Assembly: GCA_049724395.1 (NCBI GenBank)
Contig: JAUGWO010000135.1
Span: forward strand, 1-64,000
DNA length: 64,000 nt
Direction: 5' to 3'
Source of the DNA: Spongospora subterranea f. sp. subterranea
Taxonomy: Eukaryota
Positions within the stretch are counted from its first letter, which is position 1; each line of letters begins with the position of its first letter. Position numbers and translations under genes: made by a program. The notes below the pieces were generated by a model, which was not told the origin of the DNA, did no database searches, and worked only from the letters and a program-made list of their open reading frames with translations. Shown here piece after piece: positions 53,852 through 64,000 of the stretch.

Positions 53852-54510
53852 AAATGTATTCCAGATGACGCAATCGAGTTTCATGTTCTGGCAAACGGTT
53901 GCTGTATGTATTCCAGAAGAGGTGTATATAAATAAAGAACTACTGTAGATTGCCAGAGAAAGCTAGAAGGGGCGAGAAGCAGCTCATCTGATGAGGATGT
54001 GACAACTACATGCCGAGTTTATGATGTGACTGCATAGAATGTACCAGATGATGCAATCGGGTTTCATGTTCTGGCAAGCGGCTGCTGCGTGTGAACATCC
54101 AAAATATTCCAGAAGAGGTATATATAATAAAGAGCTCGATTGCCAGAGAAAGCTAAAAGAGGTGAGAAGCAGCTCATCTGGCGTGTGACAGCTATATGAA
54201 GAATCACATTAACAGCCGCTGTTTGTTAGGAAAATCGCAACGAGGAGTATCAATTTCGACTTGCGACTAGCAATGCACACATTGTAATCTATCTGATTTT
54301 TTTTTTGTCGCAATATCAAATGTATTCCAGATGACGCAATCGGGTTTCATGTTCTGGCAAACGATGCGAGTGAACAGACTATATTCCAGAAGAGGTGTCA
54401 ATAATAAAGAGCTCGATTGCCAGAGAAAGCGAGAAGAGGCGAGAAGCAGCTCACTAATCTGATGAGGATGCGTGTGACGACTACATGGCGAATCACATTA
54501 ACAACCGCTG
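53852..54510. repeat. Three diverged ~160-190 bp direct repeats (53852-54012, 54037-54220, 54318-54510), non-coding
   Basis: Shared blocks ccagatgaYgcaatcgRgtttcatgttctggcaa, tattccagaagaggt, gattgccagagaaagc and gagaagcagctca. Confidence 0.9.
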
Positions 54511-55134
54511 GGTTGTCTATGTGTGACCCCATGTTAGTGTGTGTACCAAACCATAGGCCCTCGTACCATTGACCACACTGCGGTCGTCGCCCGCTATTGC
54601 TGCTATTCACGGAACCCACTTTCTCAATTACATTGATCGGTATTGATTTAGTGGTGATCATCCTTGGTGAGAGATTGCGCCAGCGTCCGGGTCGGTAGTT
54701 TAACGGCACTTGCCTGCTCCGCCATTTCCAGACACTGGCGGCAGTCAGCCCGGCGGCATTTCCCTGACTGTGTACCTGTTCACATCCCCAATTTACCAGT
54801 CCAGTCAGGATACAGTCCGGACAAAACTACACGCTGCAGGCGACGAGAAAGCGCCATCGCCTTTTCCCCAATTCTAAGCGGGTACCTGCTTCTCTTTATC
54901 CCCGACGTTCGGTGATATTTCCTTGAACGATAACGCCAAATGGATCACCCAACCAAGGCTGTCAGCCTGCGAGAAGCTTAAGCGATCACAATTGTTGACT
55001 GCGCTGGTGAGTCATGGTTTACTACTTTGAATCGCAATGGGAGACAGTTTTGGTTCCGGCGCAGTCAAAACTCAACTATCTTCCGATGACTGATTTCTGG
55101 CTCTGTTTAGTGTCTGAGCGGTCATTCAGAAAAT

Positions 55135-55797
55135 ATGACGAACAATAACAGGCAACCGTCTGCTCTAGACGACATGATTGCCATGGCGAGTATGCATCTT
55201 GCCAATAATGGCACTGATGTCGATAGAGGGATCGTTCGAGTAGATCGCGCCAAAGTCCTGCGAGCCGAGTCGCCTAACAGGTGCACCAACAAGAGTGCTG
55301 GAGCTCAAGATTCGGTCTTCTGTAATGTATGTGGCAAGCGATTTTCACAAAACAACCACCTCAATAGCCATATGCGAATTCATAATGGTGATCGACCATA
55401 TGAGTGTTCCTTATGCAGAAAACAATTCAGCCAGAAGGTAACTGACATAAAACGATCCTCACCTCATTCTGACCGGTGTTCGTGGTTCTTAGTGTAATCT
55501 GACGACCCACATGAGGACACATTCCGGTGAGCGACCTTATGTTTGCCATATCTGTCAGAAAACCTTTCGACAAAAGTATCATCTTCAGACACATCAATTG
55601 ACTCATACTGTAAAGCATCAACGACATCGATCGCTCGTACTGTTCGCTGATATTCAGTGCAGGGTGATCGCCCGTTTGAGTGTTCGCTCTGCAGGAAGAC
55701 ATTTGCACAGAAGGCGAACCTAACCACACATACTCCTCGCTGTCGACGGAAACTATTCGGATCGGAAACGGCTGGTGTTGCGTTAGGCTCCAATTGA
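55135..55797 (+). CDS. C2H2 zinc-finger transcription factor (4 fingers, 3 exons)
   Basis: CNVCGKRF...[40 protein letters not shown]. Confidence 0.93.
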
Positions 55798-56143
55798 TTC
55801 ATTTCGCCAGGTTATCTAGAACACCTCGCCATTCAACGCAAACAACGCTCAATAACTGATATTAAACTATTCACGATCATTATTCACTTTACACCTGGAC
55901 TGAAAACGCATCAAAGTTCAATTTTTCAGCAGATGCCAAATGTAATGTTAAAAAAACCGAGCACATTTAGTACAGTTGCGCTTATTTTTCATGATTCCCC
56001 CCCCCGTCCGGGAAGGGCAGGGGGCGGAAAAAGACAACAGCGACGTTTCCAATTAAGAAGAGCTCAATGCGCGGTACAATGGGATTTGGACGTAAATGAT
56101 GATCTAATGTAATAAAAGTGATTGAAGACAATAAAATACAGAG

Positions 56144-57141
56144 CTAGGGCTCAAAACTTGGCGCAATTTTTTCCAATTGAACTTCAGCTGGAATTGGGTC
56201 ATTCGGTCCTCGATTCAAGGGCGTCCTTTTATGTTGGCCCAGTTTGTAAAGAGCCGCGAATATTATGGCGAGCGCGATATAGGAGCCGAATATGATTACG
56301 TACGTGTACAGGTTTTGATAGGTCATGCCTGGATATACAGCTTTGCCGACGATGCTCAGCGATATATAGTTGAAGATGAAATAGATAGTTAGAATCAACA
56401 CAGAAAAAAAATAATGAGGAGGATAGATGGTCGATAGGGTGATCAGATAGTCGACACCCTTTATTGACATGAGATTAGGTAGGGACTATCAATGGAGAAG
56501 CAAATAACGTACCATCAAAAGACCGAACAAGGCATGTTCACATATGTTTTTATAACAGATTCCTGCAGTAATGGATATTCCAAGATCCCCGTATAGTCTG
56601 AGAACAGGGAAAAAGACCACACACCAGAACATAATCAACACCAGCAGAGAGATACTCAACGCCCTAAAGTAGATGCTGTTATCGTGACGGAAAACACGTT
56701 GACTGCTGTGCTTACATCTCGTAGAACATGTGTAGGACGCGCTGGACACGAATCGAGATATTCTTTGATTTAATACCGGCCGCAACTGTTAGATATCCAG
56801 CAACTAGAAAATACGTCACTGAAAGACACAAAAACCGTTGGATCGGGATACAATATTGCGAATCGCAATGCAAAATGGGCCATACGGTTAATGGTAGCAG
56901 ATAAATTTGTGCCGTATGCCAGATAGACATGATGGACAGGCATTTCCTGGCCGCCAGACGCCGGAAGAATTCCGGATACAGCCCAGGCCACATTCAGCAA
57001 GATGAACATTCCAGAAAGCACCCGGAATACTGCCAGTGTCCGAACCGAAACGAGCTTTGGGTTTGGCGACAGCAAATCTTGCCATGGATGGTTGGCATGA
57101 GGAAGAAACCTCATTTTATACCAAATTGCAAAATCAGACAT
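56144..57141 (-). CDS. Multi-pass membrane protein, rolling stone / FAR-17a-AIG1-like, multi-exon
   Basis: Several TM helices, FW motif, EH in a TM segment, YFIFN...AVYP motif. Confidence 0.65.
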
Positions 57142-57758
57142 GCTGTTTCTGTGGACTTATGATGTGGCGTTTGTCAGAAACAATGACGCTGAAACTTTGA
57201 CCAGGTCAATAGTTTACCCGTCCCCGTGTGTCGAATAATCTTCCGTTGCGCCACGGAACGCGCTGAAGTCAGTCTGTCAGTGAAACACAGGGTTACCGCG
57301 AGAATTCCACGAGACGGCTGCGGTCGCCGGTTCATCGACCTGATATGGTTCCGCTGTAAAATCTGCGTTGGGGCCGCTCTATCCTGCGTCGAGCATGATC
57401 TTCGGCGACAAGAATGCCCTCTAACCCCTTAACGATAGCAACTCAAACCTATCAAATCCCTCAAAGTGACTTTCGATATTGTCATCTTGTTTTGCAACAG
57501 TAATCGGCCAGTTTTTAGCGGGTAGAGGGTAGCTAAATACAGCCGTAAATGACCTTATCTGTACATCAAATCACGCCCACCAATATATGATAATCATCGG
57601 CGAGTGCCCGCAATCAAGTAATCATCTCCAAGTTGTTCTCGGTGTCTTTTAGAACTTTCTTTCTTGATTCAGATCGCCCGTCCAATCTTTCCCATTCCTG
57701 AACCAAGCACGCTTTGACGACTTATCTTACAAACAAGCTGTGCCAATGCATTGATGTT

Positions 57759-57839
57759 CATATCTTCTGACAATTATGATGTTTATTCATCGGAATCAAT
57801 ATCTTCTGACAATTATGATGTTTATTCATCGGAATCAAA
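57759..57839. repeat. Perfect 39-bp tandem duplication
   Basis: atatcttctgacaattatgatgtttattcatcggaatca occurs twice in tandem. Confidence 0.95.
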
Positions 57840-58232
57840 TAATGTACATGTAAACAATTGCCCAATATCATTAACCAATACTGGCAATGGAGAAAGAGAT
57901 ATATCAGCGTCGAATTTAGGCCCGGCTATTGAATTCCAGACTTGAACTCGCTTGAAGAAAATTGAATGATATTCACTATCCCATTTAGGATTCAATCTGG
58001 TATAGCATGTCAACATGTCCATGGCTTCATATAAAGCTGATTCTTTGTTGTATGTTATCATTTCTTCATCACCTTCTCTATATTGTTCTTGAACTGCCAC
58101 TTTAAAGATTTCTTCGTCGATCTTCCTGGTCATCTTGCCTGCGTGAACTCCATTGATGTGCTCATTGTTGTTCCGGTAAATGATTATCACTGATGAGACA
58201 ACGATGAGAGATGCCAAAATGAATAAGTTCAT
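57822..58232 (-). CDS. Intronless AT-rich orphan with signal-peptide-like N-terminus; possibly truncated
   Basis: MNLFILASLIVVSSVIII...GVHAG followed by ~105 aa of charged sequence; ends within the 39-bp duplication. Confidence 0.5.
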   Translation of the reverse strand: MNLFILASLIVVSSVIIIYRNNNEHINGVHAGKMTRKIDEEIFKVAVQEQYREGDEEMITYNKESALYEAMDMLTCYTRLNPKWDSEYHSIFFKRVQVWNSIAGPKFDADISLSPLPVLVNDIGQLFTCTLFDSDE

Positions 58233-58520
58233 GTAAAAGAGGACCGAGCCGACGATTGACACTACGCCATGATTCATAACAAACAAATCGACAGGAGTGA
58301 AGTACAGTTTGAATATAGAGCGCAACAATAAACCAGTAATACGGCAATGGTTGTTCCCGACATTATCGCTGACTTACAAAGATTAATCAAATTGCAGAAA
58401 TCAAAGCACATCAGGATTGATATTTTTGACCCAGGTACAGATTCATCCAATAGCGTGGCCCAGAATACGACGGAGTTGACATGTACATTGCCCTCGCACT
58501 GTCATGCTGTTATAAGTCTG

Positions 58521-59656
58521 ATGGGTATGAGTAACGATGTGATCCCTAGTTCGGTCCAGTCATCAGGTCTGACGTCAAAACCCGAATGGTCGTATTACGT
58601 GTCTCCCATCTCCCTCGTGTTCTCCACCGCTGTCGAGGCTGTAACGCTGTACCCGCTGGATACATGTGTAACACGCGTACAGGTATCAGTCGTGCTGATG
58701 CAACTGGCTCTCACTGCTGACGGCTAATCCGTTAACGTTAGACTGCACCTTCGTATGCGCATCCGCTTTCCACATTCAACATTATGCGACGTTTATCTAT
58801 CAGAAGTCTATATTCGGGGATATCACCACATCTGTTATCGTCGATGATCGCCATACTGCCCAGAACCCTAGCAGCGTATAACGTTGATCATGGTGGAGAC
58901 ATAACGTATCTGGCAACGTGCGGAGCAGCTTTTGGCGCAGTTGAAGGAGCTCTCATCACACCATTCGAAGCGGTCAAGATTCCAATGCAGATTAGTGTGA
59001 CAGGAATACCATGGTTAGAAACTCGTGGCATTGCGCGATTTGGACAATGTTAACGAATAGGCTTCTGGAGGTCTCAGGTTTTTCAGCATTACGGGCAATT
59101 AAACAAGTTGTTTATAGGTGTGGTGCCAACAATGCTAAGGCAAAGGTATCAGTTGCAGGCTCACACGTTATTTTTCGGTAGCCCACTTATTTTCTCTTCG
59201 CAGCACGTATGGCGCTGTTACTTTTCTATCTGTCGGATTGCTGGATAAATACCGGTCGCCTGTCAGTTTACCGTAATTTTTGCCTAATCGTTTGATGGAT
59301 GACGTGTTCGTGTCCCCGATTGAATAGGAAGAAAGACAATCTGGACCAGGAATTGTCTTATTCGGATGTACAGCAGGCGCAATAGCTGCCATCGCTGGTA
59401 GTCCTTTTGACGTCATCAAGGCGAGGGTACAGTCTGGATTGCATTATCCGTCAAAACTGCCTTCACGACGAGAGATTTTTCGCGGGTTATCTTGCCGATT
59501 ATGGAGAGTAACACTGGGCACAGGTTTTGCTTATCAATCAGGAATTATTGTCTCACGTTGAAGTTGTGAAATCTAGGAGTGTTTCTTATTGCGTATGACG
59601 AATTCCAGCGATATATCAGCCCCAGGTTGAATCGAGGACACAGTTGCTCAGTGTAG
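58521..59656 (+). CDS. Mitochondrial carrier family (SLC25) protein, multi-exon
   Basis: Three Px[DE]xx[KR]-type signatures: PLDTCVTRVQ, PFEAVKIPMQ, PFDVIKARVQ. Confidence 0.9.
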
Positions 59657-59730
59657 CTGTGCCTGAATTCCTGAAAGCTTTTGCATTTATTGTTTTATTT
59701 GTCTCCAGTTTCGCAAATTATGCATTTTTA

Positions 59731-61650
59731 TTAATCTATTATAAAATGATCGAAAGCTCCTTGCTGGCGACGGTTTTGCAGCTCGTCTTTTACTCCATCA
59801 TTCAAATCGTTCAATGTTGATGGCAGAACACCGCCGTCATCATGGCATAGAGCAACCCCGTGTGATAAGCCGAAACCGATCGAGTTAATTTTTTTAGAAC
59901 CGAAAGGAAGTTTGGGAAGATACGCATCTGCATCTGTCGAACTTCCTCCAACTACAACGCAGTGCCCTTGGTCCGTAATGAGGGCCGTATGATGAGGACC
60001 AGCAAATACTGCTCGACCTGTGAGAGTCGGCAAGATGTGTGTCGGTTCATGGGTATATATTGCCATTCGTCCATCAGGGAATGAGTTAGCTTTGGCTTCG
60101 GGATTCAAAATTCCCGACCTTGGAGGCCGGCCACATTGACCATGGTTAGATATGCCCTGCGTATTAATGATATCAGAAATTCGACTCAGTTCAACCCTGA
60201 CAACGCGAAAGCAGTTACCCAGGTAAACAGCCGCCCTGACTCTGTCAACGCCGCCATATGATAATGTCCACAAACGATATCAACAACCTTCTCGCCGTCA
60301 AAGCGTCCCTCAAGTTTGACAGGAAACGGTTGCGATACAAAATTTCCTGTGCCCAAAGCGCCACTGCCATTTTTACCACATGTCCAAACTTGACCATCAT
60401 TGTCTAGGAATGCAGAAATGTTCCGGCCCGTCGACACTTTGATGACGGGCCCCATTGGAGTAGCATTGATGCGGTCTAGGCGCTGATGCCAATAGGATAA
60501 GCTTTGAGGACGTGTCGAGACATCGAGAATGTTCTCGGCAAAATGATCATCCGGATGACCGATTCTGCAAATTGAATGTTATACACTTCACTGAAGCGTG
60601 CGGTACGGAGACTCACCCGATGGCAAAACAATCCAGTCTGCCACAGGAATATACCTCTCCATCGTTTGCCAGGATCAACGTGTGAGTAAAACCGCATGAT
60701 ACCTGTTTAACACCAACATTCTCATATCCATATGCACGGGCGTTATTGCTCCGGATGGGTAGTGGAGTTTCAATGAAGGTGGTGTTTACCCCATGCCCAA
60801 GCTGCAACCAGATTTAATTTTTTTTTTGCTAATGCCGGAACAGCACATTCTACCTGACCATAGAACCCATCACCAACAGTAAAAACTTGACCGTCATTGG
60901 ACACGGCGGCGCTCCATCCGGCGCCACTGGCAAAATCTCTCACATTATCTACTCCAGCGAGTAATTTTGGCCTTGTTAAACCAGACTGAAATCCGAGAGT
61001 TCCCAGAATAGAAGATCTCTGCAAAAGTCGAAGAAGACGCGGAGCCCTTCGATACGTCATAGCACAAGATATACTTGTCCGATGATCTGTCCAACGGTGA
61101 TTATAGCCACTCAGATACAAATTTAAACAGCAATACCATGAGTCCATCCCCACATAAATACTGATGAGTCCGACATTACTGCATAGGAATTCGCCCAGCC
61201 AGCGCCAACCTTGGTTACATATACGTCGTCAGGCAGCGTTGAAAGATTCGAATTCTGAAATAACGAGGCTGGCACAGGATTTGGTTCTTTCTGTTATTGC
61301 ATGAGCAAAAATATTCCATAGGTAAAACCCACGCTTCACTTACTGATCCAGTATAATCTCCACGACACATTTCACCATATATCCCCGATCCGAAAACCAT
61401 AACAGACAAGCCAGGCGAGGCTGGAGTCGTTGCAGGTTCTTCGGTGCCCTCGGGTAAGCGTCGCAAAGTGCCCTTGTGGCATGTAAGCGTCTTGAAGATA
61501 ACCAGCTAGGATATGCGATAACTACCACATACATGCTGATGGGAGATTGGCGAAGGCGATGACGAAAACAGGACCCTTTCCACGATGGGATATTCTGGTA
61601 CTGCATTTTACAAAGACATTTGGATTCATGTACCCCATTGCTCGATGGCA
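59731..61650 (-). CDS. RCC1-repeat beta-propeller protein (RCC1L-like), multi-exon; start uncertain
   Basis: VSCGFTHTLILANDGEVYSCG, GQVWTCGKNGSGALG, IVCGHYHMAALTESGRLFTW. Confidence 0.88.
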
Positions 61651-62099
61651 AATTTGCCCACGAGAAACCAAAGGACGAACCGGCAACCGATGTGCCGCAC
61701 TCGTAATAAAATCCGCGGTCGCCACCGGCCTGGCGCTCTAAGTTGCCGAATCAGACTGCATAGCCTGATTTCAAATATTCGCCCGTGTCCAATACAGAAT
61801 AAATTTACTAAACCATTCGAAAACGTTTCGGGCCCACCCGCACACAACTTGGCACCGAGGTTGGAAAATGGTCGAGGGCATCTCTAGAACCTCGACAATG
61901 GCTGATGCCCGGTACGAGTACACAATCGAGTTCACATTTACCGTCTACCCTTACTATTTCTGCTGTCGTATTTCACAACACAATGGAACCTATGGTTTGC
62001 CCGGACTGTATGATCAAAAAATCTCAATCCCACGCTGCTTCGGTTATTTCTTCGCATGCCTTCATCGCTGCATCCTTATTCATCGACTGTGATATGGCG

Positions 62100-63350
62100 A
62101 GAAACCACTGTATGCCATCATATCCCTCTTATCTGTGATCGACGGCAATCACTTACCCGCCAAACAATCTACCTCGACTTGACCGCGACAGACATACGAT
62201 TTCAGCCGCGTTTGTTGTCATTGGCAGCACGGTTTATCCAATCATTCTCGGTATGTCATTCTTGAGACAAGCGAATCCGTTCATCGAGTGGGAGAAACTC
62301 ACCCTCTGAGCTCAGCCAAAACGCTTGAGACGAATCCGGAAATTAAGACAGAAAGGGCAACGGCGCTTAATCTACTCTCTCAACAGTGCCCGGTTTTCGC
62401 AATTCACTCAGGGCTCCTCAATGTCGATAACCATTGTGATCAGGCTTTGAATGGTGTTCCCACCGCTCGACTTCCTGAGAAATATGCGGATTTTGCCGAC
62501 AAGTCTTCCTAAAAAGGGAGCTGAACATTGCCTGCTCACCGGGCCGGGGTGGATTGCGCGATCAATCTAGAAAAAAAAAATTGGAGTGTTATCATACAAA
62601 CCCTGCTACTCCACATCAGTAAAGGAAATTGCTGCGTTAACGTACCTACATAGAGGAGAACCTCGATCGCAGATTCATCAGCGATTCACAGTCCACGATG
62701 GGATTCCCAATTTCTTCGTTCGACAAAAGGACGGCTCTTTACGTTTATGCGTCGATTACCGTGAGTTGAACAACATTACGAAACGGGAACCTTATCCTCT
62801 TTCGAGTATCGGTGATATTCTACACCAACTGGGCAGCGCGAACATCTACTCGAAAATCGATTTGCGAGGAGCCTACAACCTGATCAGGATAAAGGAAGGC
62901 GATGAGTGGAAGACCGCGTCTCCTGCTGCGTTTCAACGAATCATGAACGCAACATTCCAACAACACCTTGGCCGTTTCGTCGTCGACAGGAACGTTCGTT
63001 GGGTACAGTACCTTTGAAAGCTTCGTGAAAAAAGGTATTGTTCGCGAAATTGGAGAAGTGTGCTTTCGACGTAGATAGAGTCGCATTCTAGGCTACATAT
63101 GTCAGTCCGCGAGGAATTGAGATTTACCCGGAAAAGGCATCAAGCATCACCTCATGGCAAGTCCCGTCCTCTGTCAAAGGTCCGGTGCTTTCTCGGTTTC
63201 ACTAATTCTTTTATCCTGAGTTCATTGTCAATTACTTCAGATTAGCGGCGCCATTCTATACCAAAAGGACGTACAGTACCTTTCAAATGTGAGACGCGAC
63301 ATCCCAACTGAAATTCTGGTCTCAACGCTGCAGTGTATTGAGACATTGCT
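62100..63350 (+). mobile_element. Degenerate Ty3/gypsy pol fragment (RT), multiply frameshifted
   Basis: LPEKYADFAD, FVRQKDGSLRLCVDYRELNNIT, YSKIDLRGAYNLIRIKEGDEWKTA, PAAFQRIMN, FLGFTN; no intact YxDD. Confidence 0.92.
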
Positions 63351-63471
63351 TTGCGGTCAACGTCCATATGCCTTCCGGCTCCAAAGTCGATGTAGAAACC
63401 ACGACGCAATCCTGGTGAAGTTGAAACCAGGGCAGAAGAGTAGGCGGGAATGTCGCTGTTTATTGGCGAAG

Positions 63472-63706
63472 GCTTGGTTTCGGCAATCCTCGTCGGTGTG
63501 GACGGAAAGTGGTCCATGAACGGAACATGGCTTCCCATTGAACACCCGTCGACGGTTTGTTCTGGTTGCGAGCGCGGCGACTTGCGATCGGAGTAGGAAG
63601 CAGGCATTGCAACCAGAACAAACCGTCGACGAGTGTTCAATGGGAAGCCATGTTCCGTTCATGGATTACTTTCCGTTCACACCGACGAGGATTGCCGAAA
63701 CCAGGC
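63472..63706. repeat. Long inverted repeat: 98-bp arms (63472-63569, 63609-63706), 39-nt spacer
   Basis: Arms are reverse complements apart from about 5 transition mismatches. Confidence 0.95.
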
Positions 63707-64000
63707 GCCTGGCGGTGACCGAAACCTGGATCCATTCTAGAGAGATTTGGACAGATGGTCTCAAATTTTAGGATGTTTGTGGTTTTTGTTGAGAACCTGC
63801 CTCGTATTGGCTGGAGAAGGGGTACGATTAGCCTTTTGTTCGGTAATCCTGTTCATTTGTGAGTTCTGGTAGACCATGTGAGTCTTCGTCGCAGAACGAT
63901 GACCAGGAGCGAGAGTGTTAGAATTGTACGATATTGTGTAAAAAACCTTTGAATTACAATTCGAACCAGTTGATATTTACAGTGAGCTGCGTTGATATAG

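Noticed and set aside
1..64000. CRISPR arrays, rRNA or tRNA genes, prokaryotic operons
   Set aside because: None seen; the context is eukaryotic and there is no regular repeat-spacer structure.

Overview
Gene-dense eukaryotic genomic DNA with many short GT-AG introns and very short intergenic gaps. Two ciliary genes (CFAP92-like, TEX49/SPMIP11-like), an ankyrin-rich gene and signal-peptide orphan genes suggest a flagellated protist parasite, plausibly a plasmodiophorid (inference only). Recognisable genes: VPS18, CFAP92, CENP-C, REX4, TPR-GT61 glycosyltransferase, RPL28, dynactin p62, CARMIL-like LRR-RhoGAP, MFS transporter, BAR protein, Alba-EF-hand fusion, WW-RING ligase, ankyrin-EDR1-pseudokinase, bacterial-like Nit1, NUP85, C2H2 zinc finger, rolling-stone-like membrane protein, mitochondrial carrier and an RCC1-repeat protein. 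Decayed Ty3/gypsy and DD39D mariner remnants are also present. Most interesting: (1) a six-exon secreted orphan gene (3495->1176) with duplicated exons each carrying a DLNxxP EAR repressor motif, plus three copies of an unrecognised Cys/His module; (2) an ankyrin + EDR1/CTR1-domain + dead-kinase protein; (3) an intronless betaproteobacterial-like nitrilase (HGT candidate); (4) fold-back structures (inverted mariner fragments and a 98-bp-arm hairpin). Exon boundaries were inferred by eye and family calls come from remembered motifs; no searches were run.
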